Shown here: positions 36,625-46,303 of the stretch, one piece after another | How positions within the stretch are numbered: position 1 is the stretch's first letter | Layout: every line of letters starts with the position of its first letter | Source of the DNA: Patescibacteria group bacterium | GTDB lineage: Bacteria > Patescibacteriota > Patescibacteriia > Patescibacteriales > UBA12465 | Assembly: GCA_041651095.1 (NCBI GenBank) | Contig: JBAZJV010000004.1 | Span: 7,735-71,734 of the forward strand | Length of the DNA stretch: 64,000 nt | Reading direction: 5' to 3' | Translations under genes and position numbers: made by a program | The notes under the pieces: model-generated | The model's input: the letters and a program-made list of their open reading frames with translations, nothing else | What the model was told of the DNA's origin: nothing | The model's database searches: none

Positions 36625-37455
36625 TTATTTGGTCAGGATCTCATTGCCCGACGCCGTGATCGCGACCGTATGTTCGAAATGCGCGCTCAAGGAACCGTCG
36701 GCGGTCAGGACGGTATAATCGTTATCGGCCATCTTGACCGCCCAGCCGCCGGCGTTGATCATGGGCTCGATGGCAATGACCAGCCCCGGTTCCAGGACGA
36801 TATTTTCCGGCGATTTCTCGCTGATCTCAAAATTAAAGACGTCCGGCTGTTCATGGATGAAATAGCCCACGCCGTGGCCGACCAGGTCACGGACTACGCC
36901 GTAGCCGTGGCGTTCGGCGTGCCCCTGAATCGCTCGGGCGATATCATTCAAGGTATTGCCCGGCTGCGCCGCCTTAACGCCTAAAGCCAGACATTCCTGC
37001 GTTACTTTAAGCAGTTTCCGGGCCGACGCGCTGATGCTGCCGGCGCCGATAGTCAGGCAGGTGTCGGTAAAGAAGCCGCCGTGCTTGGAAAAAGGATTGA
37101 GCGGCGCTTTGAATTCCCGGCGCGCTTCCGGCGTAACCGGCCATTCCATGCCGATATCCAGGTCCACGATGTCTCCAGCGGCGATGGCGCGCGGCGGCAA
37201 GGCCGCGCCGTGGACGACCTCGTCGTTTAGGGAAACGCAAAGCGTCGAGGGAAAGAAGATATCGCCGCCCATGGGATAGTCCTTGAAAGCGGAACGGCCG
37301 CCCGCCTCGATGATCAGATGGTTGGCCAGATCTTCCAGGTAATCGGTGCGCACGCCGGGCTTGACCTCGGACGCTAGGCGCGCCAAAACCAAGGCCAGGC
37401 GACGGCCGCCTTCCCGAATAACGCGTATCTCGTCCGGCGTTTTCAAGCGGATCAT
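36625..37455 (-). CDS. map: methionine aminopeptidase type I
   Basis: metal ligands in DIVDLDIG, VRDLVGHGVG, HFEHTVAIT. Confidence 0.9.
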   Translation of the reverse strand: MIRLKTPDEIRVIREGGRRLALVLARLASEVKPGVRTDYLEDLANHLIIEAGGRSAFKDYPMGGDIFFPSTLCVSLNDEVVHGAALPPRAIAAGDIVDLDIGMEWPVTPEARREFKAPLNPFSKHGGFFTDTCLTIGAGSISASARKLLKVTQECLALGVKAAQPGNTLNDIARAIQGHAERHGYGVVRDLVGHGVGYFIHEQPDVFNFEISEKSPENIVLEPGLVIAIEPMINAGGWAVKMADNDYTVLTADGSLSAHFEHTVAITASGNEILTK

Positions 37456-37461
37456 ACAATT

Positions 37462-38394
37462 TTAAATTTTAATCCCGGCCGCCTTGGCCTCCCGGTTGGT
37501 CTTGATCGACAGGAACAGAAAAATTCCCAAAAGGACGAACATATTGAGCGGCGACAGCCAGAATGGGAATTCCTGGCCGAAGCTTTCTAAAATCATCACA
37601 AAGCCCAGGGAGCCGATGGCATACATGGCGCCGTTCTTCAGGTAAGCGAATTTGGTAATCAGATCGATGCCGCGTATCGTCATCTCCCGCACGACCAGGG
37701 CGCCCAGCCCGTTGCCCAGGATGATCAAGGGGACGCTGATCGTGAAAGCGAAAGCGCCGATCACCCCGTCGATGGAAAAAGAAGCGTCCAAGACTTCCAG
37801 ATAAAGAATCTTGCTCCAAGCGCTCATATTCGGATCCAGGAGCTGCTTTTCCTTCTCTTCGGAGTTCTTCTTGAAACCGTCGGTGATGAAGAAGGCGGAA
37901 ACGCCGATAGTCGCCGCGAGCGCCAGGATCGGGTTCTGTTTCAGGGAAAAATAGACGATGAGCGTCGTCAAGACGGAAGCGAAAGCATAAAACCAGACTC
38001 CTTGGCGGTGGATGAAGCCCTCCACCAGGAAAGCGTATTTTTTCTCTTCCAAAAACAGCCAGGCCAAAAAGACGAAGAACAAATAGACGCCGCCGCCTAA
38101 GAGCAGGAGCGGTTTGGATTGCTCGATATAATGCGTGATTTCCGGGCTGCCGGAAAAAGTGGAGCTAACGACCTGCCAGAGGGATAAGCTGGGATTAGCC
38201 ACCCAGACAATGGCGAAGGGTAAAAGCCCGCGCATCACGAAGACCGCGAACAAAAGACCCCAGAATAAAAAAATCTTCCGGTATTTCTCCGGCATGGTCT
38301 TGAGGATATGGGCGTTCACGACCGCATTATCCACGCTGCTAATAACTTCGAACAGGCACAAGCCGAGGATAACCACGGCGAAATTCCAAAACAT
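37462..38394 (-). CDS. TerC/DUF475-family integral membrane protein
   Basis: LFEVISSVDNAVVNAHIL motif near N-terminus, 7-8 TM. Confidence 0.5.
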   Translation of the reverse strand: MFWNFAVVILGLCLFEVISSVDNAVVNAHILKTMPEKYRKIFLFWGLLFAVFVMRGLLPFAIVWVANPSLSLWQVVSSTFSGSPEITHYIEQSKPLLLLGGGVYLFFVFLAWLFLEEKKYAFLVEGFIHRQGVWFYAFASVLTTLIVYFSLKQNPILALAATIGVSAFFITDGFKKNSEEKEKQLLDPNMSAWSKILYLEVLDASFSIDGVIGAFAFTISVPLIILGNGLGALVVREMTIRGIDLITKFAYLKNGAMYAIGSLGFVMILESFGQEFPFWLSPLNMFVLLGIFLFLSIKTNREAKAAGIKI

Positions 38395-38398
38395 AGTT

Positions 38399-39019
38399 TT
38401 ATTTATTAAGCTTTAACGGACCGAGGCTGGAGCCGCGCCGGCCGCCCGGACCCAGATTGCCGCTGCTCTTCTGCAACCGGGCATAGGCGTCTTCCTGCAA
38501 TTTCCGCGCCGTTTCTCCGCTGCCCAGGCGCTGCATCTTCTGATATTTCATGGCATCGGAAACGGCGGCGCCGCGATTGATCGGCGCGGTTTGCCGGAAA
38601 AAATTCGGATCGGCCTCGTGCGCGAAATTCGGCCGCCGGCCCGTAACCTTAGTTTCATCCAATTCCCTGTTAACCGCCGGCTTGACCGGCTCGGGCGAAG
38701 AAGCATCTTCCTTGCGGCCGCGGGCATAGTGATCCAACAATTCCTTGACTTTGTATTTATCCTGCTTGGTCAGGGATTTATCGCTCTTTATTATTTCCGA
38801 CAGCGCGCTCTTGCGCTGCATCCGGTCCAAGCCGCCCTTCATCCGGATGATGCCGGCCCGCTTGCTGATGGCTTTATTGATCGCCTCGCGGTTGTTCCTG
38901 AGCATGCCGAATTCGCCTCCCTGATAGTGCGTCAACTTATTCAACTTGGCTTTGAAATTGCCGGCGCCGGTGCTGGTTTTAAAATTGATGCCGCCTTTCG
39001 GCAGGATATTCAAGCCCAT
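38399..39019 (-). CDS. hypothetical basic protein (start trimmed to MGLNIL to avoid overlap)
   Basis: ORF; upstream extension overlaps neighbouring gene. Confidence 0.4.
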   Translation of the reverse strand: MGLNILPKGGINFKTSTGAGNFKAKLNKLTHYQGGEFGMLRNNREAINKAISKRAGIIRMKGGLDRMQRKSALSEIIKSDKSLTKQDKYKVKELLDHYARGRKEDASSPEPVKPAVNRELDETKVTGRRPNFAHEADPNFFRQTAPINRGAAVSDAMKYQKMQRLGSGETARKLQEDAYARLQKSSGNLGPGGRRGSSLGPLKLNK

Positions 39020-39020
39020 A

Positions 39021-39320
39021 TTAATAATCTTTGAAACTGTCCAATAATTTATTGATCTGTTCCAGATCTTCCGGCGACAGGCCGAGCTTGAAGCGATTCT
39101 GATACAGGCGGTATTTGTCTTTCCGAACCGTAGCATCCGAGGTCCTGATGCCGTGCCGCACTTTTTCCTGATACTCCTTGATCATATCCATGATCAAGGT
39201 CCGATTGGCGGCGCTCAGGTTCTTATAGCCGGGATTCAGGCGCATCATTTTCTCCATGCGCTGCGCCAGACGGTAATTGTTCTGGTCCGTGATATCCTTG
39301 GTTAGGTCTTGTAAATCCAT
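39021..39320 (-). CDS. hypothetical protein (99 aa)
   Basis: ORF with TATAAT-like -10 just upstream. Confidence 0.4.
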   Translation of the reverse strand: MDLQDLTKDITDQNNYRLAQRMEKMMRLNPGYKNLSAANRTLIMDMIKEYQEKVRHGIRTSDATVRKDKYRLYQNRFKLGLSPEDLEQINKLLDSFKDY

Positions 39321-39349
39321 ATAGTTATTGATGATATTTGCTATTATAC

Positions 39350-39378
39350 TACAAAAAAGCCGGCTGGGAAAGCCGGCT
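39350..39378 (-). terminator. secY terminator (AGCCGGCT-GGGAA-AGCCGGCT + T6)
   Basis: perfect 8-bp stem, T-run on minus strand. Confidence 0.55.
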
Positions 39379-39404
39379 AGCTAAAATCAGCTAAAATATA
39401 AAGA

Positions 39405-40676
39405 CTATAAACCGTCGTATTCCCGCATAGTCAGCTGTGACTCAATCTGTTTGACCGTCTCAATGACTACGGCCACGACGATGAGCAGGCTGGTGCCGCC
39501 TACCGACAAAGCGTCAATACCCGTGAAATAACGCATCACTAGCGGTAAGACGGCGATCAGGCCCAAAAATAAAGCGCCGACCAAAGTGATCCGATGAGTC
39601 GTCGAAGCCAGGTAATCGCTGGTTGTCTTGCCGGGTCGGATACCCGGGATGAAACCGCCTTGTTTCTGGAGATTTTCCGCCACCTGAGTCGGATGGAAAA
39701 TCACTTCGGTATAAAAGTAAGTGAAGGCGAAGACCAGGATGAAGTAAACGACGCCATAGAACAGCTGGTTATTGAACAGGACAATAGTGCTCTCGGCCGC
39801 TCCAGCGATCCAGGCGGTCTTGGCGTGAATCAGGAACTGGGCGATCATCGACGGGAACAAGACTACGGAAATGGCAAAAATGATCGGAATGACGCCGGCC
39901 ATATTGACCCGCAAGGGCAAATGCGTGCTGGTACCGCCGAAAGTCCGGTTGCCGCGAACCTGGCGAGCGTACTGCACCGGAATATTGCGCTGCCCTTCGT
40001 TGATGATAACGACGCCCACGACCGTGATCAGGCCGATCGCCACGAAACCGATCAGCATGAAAAGCTGGGTCTGATCAAAAGTGACGAACAGGCGCTGGAT
40101 AGTCGTCGGCAGCGAGGCGACGATGCCGGCGAAGATGAGCAGCGAAATGCCGTTACCGACCTTCTTCTCGGTAATGAGCTCGCCCAGCCACATCAGGAAA
40201 ATGGAGCCGGCCGTAATCGTTATCAGCATGACGCCGAAATCAAAGGGCGAAATTTCGCCCAGGATGCCGGCTGATCCCCGGCGCAAGAGGGTGATCATGC
40301 CGTAGGCCTGGAATAAGGCCAGCGGCACGGTCAACCACCGGGTCCATGAATTTATCTTTTGGCGGCCGGCTTCCTCCTTCTGCATTTCTTCGATGCTCGG
40401 CACGATCATGCCCAGGAGCTGGAAGATGATAGACGAGGTGATATAAGGAGCGACGCCCATCATGACTAAAGAAAAATTTTCCATGCCGCCGCCGGAAAAC
40501 AGGTTCAACAAACCAAGAATCTGGTTGGAAGCGAACAGATTTTTCAAAGCCACGGTATTGACTCCCGGCACCGGAATATGGGCGACCAGGCGAAAAATTA
40601 CCAGCATCACCAAGACGAAGAGGATATTGTTCCGCAAATCTTTGGCTTTCCAGATTTGTTCTAATTTATCGAACAT
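39405..40676 (-). CDS. secY: preprotein translocase subunit SecY
   Basis: 10 TM, conserved SecY sequence throughout. Confidence 0.9.
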   Translation of the reverse strand: MFDKLEQIWKAKDLRNNILFVLVMLVIFRLVAHIPVPGVNTVALKNLFASNQILGLLNLFSGGGMENFSLVMMGVAPYITSSIIFQLLGMIVPSIEEMQKEEAGRQKINSWTRWLTVPLALFQAYGMITLLRRGSAGILGEISPFDFGVMLITITAGSIFLMWLGELITEKKVGNGISLLIFAGIVASLPTTIQRLFVTFDQTQLFMLIGFVAIGLITVVGVVIINEGQRNIPVQYARQVRGNRTFGGTSTHLPLRVNMAGVIPIIFAISVVLFPSMIAQFLIHAKTAWIAGAAESTIVLFNNQLFYGVVYFILVFAFTYFYTEVIFHPTQVAENLQKQGGFIPGIRPGKTTSDYLASTTHRITLVGALFLGLIAVLPLVMRYFTGIDALSVGGTSLLIVVAVVIETVKQIESQLTMREYDGL

Positions 40677-40698
40677 AGGGTTGGCTTAATAGCGAGGA

Positions 40699-41112
40699 TT
40701 ATTTTAATTGTTCAGTCAGGCCGGCGCTCATCTTTATCTTCTCAAATTTGACCTTGACCGTCAATTTCTCCTTGCCCAGGATCTTGACCGGGCGCGCCAA
40801 GGAAGAAATCAATTTCTTGGCCAGGAGCGAAGCCGGGCTGACTATTTCCTCATCCTTGAAATTATGATTGATCGCCCGGACCGACACGACTTGGTTCTTC
40901 GGGCTGAGGGATTTGAAGCCGCGGGCCTTGGGAATCTGCAATAATTGCTTTTTCAGGCCCAGCCGCTTCAAGCCGGAGACGCCGGAACGGGACTTCTGCC
41001 CTTTCAAGCCGCGCGTGCTGTAAGTACCGTGGCCGGAAGCGTTGCCGCGGCCGACGCGTTTATTCGCCTTAGCGCGGCCTTTGGCCCGGGTGATGGAATT
41101 AAGTGATAACAT
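40699..41112 (-). CDS. rplO: 50S ribosomal protein L15
   Basis: GRGNASGHGTYSTRGLKGQKSRSG. Confidence 0.85.
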   Translation of the reverse strand: MLSLNSITRAKGRAKANKRVGRGNASGHGTYSTRGLKGQKSRSGVSGLKRLGLKKQLLQIPKARGFKSLSPKNQVVSVRAINHNFKDEEIVSPASLLAKKLISSLARPVKILGKEKLTVKVKFEKIKMSAGLTEQLK

Positions 41113-41116
41113 ATTT

Positions 41117-41773
41117 TTATTTTTCCTGGTTAACTTCTTTACTAGCTTCTTTCTTCGCCTCCTTGGCCCCGTCCTTCCCTTCTACCCGCCGCAACTGCTG
41201 CAAGGCCTCGATGGTGCAACGGGCGTTATTGATCTTATTCTTGGAACCCAGGGTCTTGCTGGTCACGTTCTTGACGCCGGCCAGTTCCAAGATCGCCCGG
41301 GTCACGCCGCCGGCGATAACGCCGCGGCCCTGCTTGGCCGGTTTCAGAATCAGACGCGCCGCGCCCATTTTATGGCTCAAGGCGTGCGGGATGGTCTCGT
41401 TGACCATGGGCACGTTGATCATAGTCTTCTTCGCTCGATTAACGGCCTTATTGACCGCCATGGTCACATCCGCGCCCTTGCCTAAGCCGACGCCGACATT
41501 GCCCTTCTGGTCGCCGATAGCGACGCAGGCCCGGAAATTCATCCGTTTGCCGCCGGCCATGACGCGCGTCACTCTGGCGACTTCCAGAATCCGCTGTTCG
41601 ATATCGTCTTTCGGGCGCTCGCCGCGAGCTTGGCCCCGGCCGCCGCGCCCCCGGCCGCCTTCCCGGCCGCCGCGCTTGGGCGTGTTGCCGTAAACGTCCT
41701 GGGCCGCGGTCTTGGCCGCTCCCTGGGAAACGGCTGCCGCCTTATCTGCGCTGGTTACTTTTTTGTCTTCCAT
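41117..41773 (-). CDS. rpsE: 30S ribosomal protein S5 (N-terminal RGG-rich and C-terminal K/E-rich extensions)
   Basis: RVTRVMAGGKRMNFRACVAIGD core. Confidence 0.9.
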   Translation of the reverse strand: MEDKKVTSADKAAAVSQGAAKTAAQDVYGNTPKRGGREGGRGRGGRGQARGERPKDDIEQRILEVARVTRVMAGGKRMNFRACVAIGDQKGNVGVGLGKGADVTMAVNKAVNRAKKTMINVPMVNETIPHALSHKMGAARLILKPAKQGRGVIAGGVTRAILELAGVKNVTSKTLGSKNKINNARCTIEALQQLRRVEGKDGAKEAKKEASKEVNQEK

Positions 41774-41806
41774 ATGATATTTGCTATTTTACCAAAAGCC
41801 GCTTAA

Positions 41807-42160
41807 TTAAAACTCCAGGCCGCCGGACCGGGCGCCTTCCGCCGCGGCCTTGACCCGGCCGTGATATTTATAAAATCCGCGATCGAATACCGCCTTGGTG
41901 ATCTTTTTCTCGGCCGCTTTCCGGGCGAGCAGCTGGCCCAACTCCTGGCTTTTAGCCGTCGGTTTGCCGTCCGCCTTGACTTCTTTCAAAGAAGCGCTGG
42001 CCAGGGTCCGGCCGGTCGTATCGTCGATAAGCTGCAGGAATAAGCCGGAATTGGAACGATAAACGCTCAGGCGGGGTCGCTCTGCCGTGCCGGCGATCTT
42101 GGCGCGCACCCGGCCGTGGCGTCTTGCTTGCTGCCGATTTTTGGCTGTTATTTTATCCAT
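41807..42160 (-). CDS. rplR: 50S ribosomal protein L18
   Basis: RPRLSVYRSN...GRVKAAAEGARSGGLEF. Confidence 0.85.
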   Translation of the reverse strand: MDKITAKNRQQARRHGRVRAKIAGTAERPRLSVYRSNSGLFLQLIDDTTGRTLASASLKEVKADGKPTAKSQELGQLLARKAAEKKITKAVFDRGFYKYHGRVKAAAEGARSGGLEF

Positions 42161-42180
42161 ATGATTACGCTGATAAACTA

Positions 42181-42726
42181 TTACTTAGTCTTGGCCGCGG
42201 CTTTGCCGGCCTTGCGGCGGATAATCTCTTCGGCGTATTTGACGCCCTTGCCCTTGTACGGCTCCGGCTTGCGGATCTTCCTGATCTGCGCGGCGGTTTC
42301 GCCCAGGAGCTCCTTATCGGCGCTTTCCAGGGTAATGACATTGGCGGCCACGCTGGCCGTCACCCCTTTGGGCAGCGAAAAATCGACCGGATGGGAAAAA
42401 CCGAGGTTCATATTCAACTTGCTGCCGGCGACCGCCGCCCGGTAACCGACGCCGTTGATTTCCAGTTTGCGGGTAAAGCCGGTGCTGACGCCGACGACGG
42501 CGTTGCGGATCAGGCTCCACATCAGCCCCCAGACCGCGCTCGCCTCCTTGGCGGCCTTATCGCGCGGGCTCACCATGATTTCGTTATTTTCTATTCTGAC
42601 TTCCACTAACGGGTGGAGCGGCAGGCGCAGTTCGCCCTTCGGGCCCTTGAAGACCATTTCCGTTTCCCCGACGGTGGCTTGGGCGGGCGGGACTAATTTG
42701 ATTGGCAGTTTTCCTAGACGTGACAT
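42181..42726 (-). CDS. rplF: 50S ribosomal protein L6
   Basis: MSRLGKLPI...two-domain L6. Confidence 0.9.
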   Translation of the reverse strand: MSRLGKLPIKLVPPAQATVGETEMVFKGPKGELRLPLHPLVEVRIENNEIMVSPRDKAAKEASAVWGLMWSLIRNAVVGVSTGFTRKLEINGVGYRAAVAGSKLNMNLGFSHPVDFSLPKGVTASVAANVITLESADKELLGETAAQIRKIRKPEPYKGKGVKYAEEIIRRKAGKAAAKTK

Positions 42727-42750
42727 ATATGATGATGCTTAAAAGGTGAT

Positions 42751-43161
42751 TTAGAATATCTCGCCGAGCACTTCGCCGCCGATGTGTTGCTTCTTCGCTT
42801 CCTTATTGGTCATCAGCCCTTTGGAAGTAGACAGGATGGCGATCCCGAAATTATGCAAAACCGTCGGGATCTCGTCCTTGCCGACATAAATCTTCAGGCC
42901 CGGCCGGCTCACCCGCTTGATCTCGGAGATCTGCGGTTTGCCGTTCTTCCGGTATTTCAGCTGGATTTGCAGTTCGTCAAAGCTGCTGTGCCGCCCTTTC
43001 AGGCCGCCGGTTTTGATCGAGACGGATTTGACCCAGCCCTCCTGCTCCAAAATCTTGGCGATTTCGTATTTCAATTTGCTGAGCGGCAAAACGACCTCCG
43101 TCTTCCTGACGACGGAAGCGTTTCTAATCCTGGTAAACATGTCTGCGATGGGATCCATCAT
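42751..43161 (-). CDS. rpsH: 30S ribosomal protein S8
   Basis: MMDPIADMFTRIRNA. Confidence 0.9.
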   Translation of the reverse strand: MMDPIADMFTRIRNASVVRKTEVVLPLSKLKYEIAKILEQEGWVKSVSIKTGGLKGRHSSFDELQIQLKYRKNGKPQISEIKRVSRPGLKIYVGKDEIPTVLHNFGIAILSTSKGLMTNKEAKKQHIGGEVLGEIF

Positions 43162-43188
43162 ATTTTTCTTGGTTGCTTAATTATATCT

Positions 43189-43374
43189 CTACCAGCTGGA
43201 CTTCCGGATGCCCGGCAAATCGCCGTTGTCGGCGAGTTCGCGGAAGCAGATCCGACACAGCTTGAAATCACGCAGATAGCCGTGATTGCGGCCGCACCGC
43301 CAGCACCGGTGGATGGTCCGGGTGGAAAATTTCGGTTTTCTTGACGCTTTGACGATTAAAGCAGTTCTAGCCAT
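43189..43374 (-). CDS. rpsZ: 30S ribosomal protein S14 type Z (zinc-binding)
   Basis: 61 aa, [20 protein letters not shown]. Confidence 0.9.
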   Translation of the reverse strand: MARTALIVKASRKPKFSTRTIHRCWRCGRNHGYLRDFKLCRICFRELADNGDLPGIRKSSW

Positions 43375-43383
43375 ATATTTAAA

Positions 43384-43929
43384 TTATTTGCTGTCTTTTT
43401 TAAACGGGAAGCCTAAGGCGCGAAAGAGCTCCAATCCTCTTTCCCGGTCGCCGGCGTTAGTGGACAGACAGACTTCCAGGCCGTAATTATTGTCCGCTTC
43501 TTCCATCCGGATTTCCGGAAAAGCCGTATAGTCCTTGAAGCCGACCGTCAGGTTGCCGGTGCGATCAACCGATTTCTCGCTTAAGCCGCGAAAATCGCGA
43601 ACCCGCGGGAAAGTGATATTGACCAGCTTATCGGTAAAATCATACATCCGCTGGCCGCGCAAGGTCACTTTAGCGCCGATGACCAGGCCTTCCCGGATCT
43701 TGAAGGCGGAAATCGATTGCTTGGCTTTGGTAAAAACCGGTTTCTGGCCGCTGATCTGCGCCAGGCCTTTTTCCACGCTGGCCAGGAATTCCTTCTCTTT
43801 CGGACGGCTGCCGAAACCGACGTTAATCACTACTTTGGTCAGCTTGGGCGCCAGCATCGCGTTCTGGAAACCGAATTTCTTTTCCAGCTGCGGGACGACC
43901 TCTTTTTTGTATTTTTCTCGTAATGTCAT
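43384..43929 (-). CDS. rplE: 50S ribosomal protein L5
   Basis: conserved L5 sequence. Confidence 0.9.
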   Translation of the reverse strand: MTLREKYKKEVVPQLEKKFGFQNAMLAPKLTKVVINVGFGSRPKEKEFLASVEKGLAQISGQKPVFTKAKQSISAFKIREGLVIGAKVTLRGQRMYDFTDKLVNITFPRVRDFRGLSEKSVDRTGNLTVGFKDYTAFPEIRMEEADNNYGLEVCLSTNAGDRERGLELFRALGFPFKKDSK

Positions 43930-43939
43930 ATGAGTGGCT

Positions 43940-44266
43940 TTATTCGATTACTTCCCGACATTTCCGGCAGACGCGGAATTTCTTGGCCGGCTGGCTATCG
44001 GTCTTGGGGCTCAGCTTGGCGCCGACCCGGGTCGCTTTGCCGCACTTCGGGCAGACCAGGGCCAGATTGGAAATATTGACGAAAGCCGGGAACTCGATGC
44101 GCTGTCCCTTCTCCCCTTCCTTGCGCGGCCGCAGATGCTTGATCAGCAAATTCAAGCCTTCCACGCTGGCGCGGCCTTCCCGCGGCAAAATCTGCAAAAC
44201 CTTGCCGGTCTTCCCCTTATCCTTGCCGGCTAATATTTTTACCGTGTCGTTCTTCTTGATATACAT
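43940..44266 (-). CDS. rplX: 50S ribosomal protein L24 with C-terminal C4 zinc ribbon
   Basis: KOW KNDTVKILAGKDKGKTGKV; CPKCG...CRKC. Confidence 0.85.
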   Translation of the reverse strand: MYIKKNDTVKILAGKDKGKTGKVLQILPREGRASVEGLNLLIKHLRPRKEGEKGQRIEFPAFVNISNLALVCPKCGKATRVGAKLSPKTDSQPAKKFRVCRKCREVIE

Positions 44267-44302
44267 ATATTATATACTCTATTTTTTCCTCGCTTCCGTC
44301 AT

Positions 44303-44677
44303 TTATAAAACTTCGGGCGCCAAAGAAGCGATCTTGACGAAACCGGCCCGACGCACTTCCCGCGCGACCGGCCCGAAAATACGGGTACCCTTCGGATCCT
44401 TCTTTTCCAGATCGACGATGATTACGCCGGCGTTATCGTCGAAACGGACATAGGAACCGTCCGGACGCCGGATTTCCTTGCGGGTCCGGACAATCACGGC
44501 TTTCACTACGTCGCCTTTCTTGACGGCCGCATGCGGCACCGCCGATTTGACGGCGGCCACGATGACGTCGCCCACCCGGCCGTAACGGCGCTTATAGCCG
44601 CCGAGCACCCGGATGCACTGCATTTCCTTGGCGCCGGAATTGTCGGCCACCTTCAAATAGGTTTGTACTTGCACCAT
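44303..44677 (-). CDS. rplN: 50S ribosomal protein L14
   Basis: [17 protein letters not shown]. Confidence 0.9.
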   Translation of the reverse strand: MVQVQTYLKVADNSGAKEMQCIRVLGGYKRRYGRVGDVIVAAVKSAVPHAAVKKGDVVKAVIVRTRKEIRRPDGSYVRFDDNAGVIIVDLEKKDPKGTRIFGPVAREVRRAGFVKIASLAPEVL

Positions 44678-44681
44678 ATGT

Positions 44682-44951
44682 TTACTTGATTACGCGCCAG
44701 CGCTTATCCCGGCTTAAAGGCCGGCATTCGATGAACGACACCTTATCTCCGACATGATACTGGTTGTTTTCGTCATGAACCTTGTATTTCCGGCTGACCG
44801 CATAGCGCTTCTGGTATTTCGGATGCTTCTTGACGGCTTCCACCTTGACGACGATGGTCTTGTCGTTCTTAGCGCTCACCACCACGCCCTGGAATTTCCG
44901 GCTGATCACCGCGGCTGGAGCAACGGATTTTTTCTCTTTGCTGCTGGCCAT
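44682..44951 (-). CDS. rpsQ: 30S ribosomal protein S17
   Basis: conserved S17 OB-fold. Confidence 0.9.
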   Translation of the reverse strand: MASSKEKKSVAPAAVISRKFQGVVVSAKNDKTIVVKVEAVKKHPKYQKRYAVSRKYKVHDENNQYHVGDKVSFIECRPLSRDKRWRVIK

Positions 44952-44952
44952 A

Positions 44953-45171
44953 TTATTTTTGCTTATTTAACAAAGTTAAGATTTGGGCGACCAAGACCCG
45001 GGCCGCCCGGATTTCCCGGACGTCCTTCAATTGTTTGTTGGCGTCTTTGAAGCGCAGCTCGCGCAATTTCTCCCGAGTCGCGGCTAATAATTTCTGCAAT
45101 TCCGGCGCGCTCTTGGCCTTTAATTCTTGTTGGTCCATATGATTATTTATTCCTTGCTGATAAATTGGCAT
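44953..45171 (-). CDS. rpmC: 50S ribosomal protein L29
   Basis: position between rplP and rpsQ, helical 72 aa. Confidence 0.8.
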   Translation of the reverse strand: MPIYQQGINNHMDQQELKAKSAPELQKLLAATREKLRELRFKDANKQLKDVREIRAARVLVAQILTLLNKQK

Positions 45172-45554
45172 TTCACCGGCAGCTTATGGCCGGCCAGTTC
45201 CATGGCTCGCTTCGCGGTCTCCCGGTTCAAGCCTTCCATCTCGAACATGACCGTGCCGGGCTTAACGACCGCCACGTAATGGTCCACGGCGCCCTTGCCT
45301 TTGCCCATCGGGATTTCGCCGCCGTGCATCGTCACCGGCTTATCCGGAAAAATCCTGATCCAAATCTGGCCGCCTTTCTTGACATACTGGGTCATCACCC
45401 GGCGCGCCGCTTCAATCTGGCGGGAAGTCACCCAGCAAGCGGTCAGGCTCTTCAGGCCGTAGCTGCCGAAACTGATTTCCAGATTACGGCTGGCTTGGCC
45501 GCCCCGGCGCCGCTTCTGATCCTTTCTCCATTTGGTTTTCTTTGGCATTAACAT
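45147..45554 (-). CDS. rplP: 50S ribosomal protein L16
   Basis: [11 protein letters not shown]... Confidence 0.9.
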   Translation of the reverse strand: MLMPKKTKWRKDQKRRRGGQASRNLEISFGSYGLKSLTACWVTSRQIEAARRVMTQYVKKGGQIWIRIFPDKPVTMHGGEIPMGKGKGAVDHYVAVVKPGTVMFEMEGLNRETAKRAMELAGHKLPVKCQFISKE

Positions 45555-45592
45555 ATGATTTCACAAATCTCATTTTTTTATCCGATCCGACC

Positions 45593-46273
45593 CTATTCGG
45601 CGATCACTTCGCCTTTGGCCGCTTTTTCCTTGGCAAACACTTCTCCTTTATAAATCCAGACCTTGATGCCGATGGAACCGTAAGTGGTATGGGCCGCTCC
45701 CCGGGCATAGTCAATATCGGCCCGCAAGGTCGCGAGCGGCACTTTGCCCCAGACCAGCTTCTCGGTCCGGGCGATTTCCGCGCCGTTCAAGCGGCCGGAA
45801 ATGACGATCTTGGCGCCTAAGGCCCCGGCCCGCTCGATTTTGCCCAAGGTCTGCTTCATCACTTTTCTAAACGGCATGCGCTTTTCGATATCCATGATCA
45901 TGCTCTGGACGTTGACTTGGGCGCTCAGGTTCGGCCGGCTGCATTCCTTGATGTTCAGGTTGATTTCCCCTAAACGCAGGTTTTTCAAAAATCTAACGTG
46001 CAGTTTCTTCTTCAATTCCTCGGCGCCGTTGCCGCCCCGGCCGATGATGAGGCCCGGCTTGGCGGTCGTAATGTTCACCTCGACCTTGCTTAGGCTGCGG
46101 ACGATCTCTACCTGATCAATGCCGGCTTCCTTGAATTCCTTGATCAAATATTTGCGGACGCCGATATCCTGGCGGATATTCTTGATATACTTGTCCCCCT
46201 TTTCGAACCAGACGGAAGGCCAAGTCTTGGTGATGCCCAGGCGGAGAATTTTTGGATTGACTTTTTTACCCAT
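45593..46273 (-). CDS. rpsC: 30S ribosomal protein S3
   Basis: MGKKVNPKILRLGI; KH domain. Confidence 0.9.
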   Translation of the reverse strand: MGKKVNPKILRLGITKTWPSVWFEKGDKYIKNIRQDIGVRKYLIKEFKEAGIDQVEIVRSLSKVEVNITTAKPGLIIGRGGNGAEELKKKLHVRFLKNLRLGEINLNIKECSRPNLSAQVNVQSMIMDIEKRMPFRKVMKQTLGKIERAGALGAKIVISGRLNGAEIARTEKLVWGKVPLATLRADIDYARGAAHTTYGSIGIKVWIYKGEVFAKEKAAKGEVIAE

Positions 46274-46303
46274 AGAGATGCAAAATTAGGAAATATTAAA
46301 ATA

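Noticed and set aside
38399-39136. Long N-terminal extension of the 245-aa ORF overlapping the 39021-39320 gene by 116 nt
   Set aside because: An internal Met (MGLNIL, 39019) sits immediately after the upstream gene's stop. The overlap is most likely a start-site artifact.
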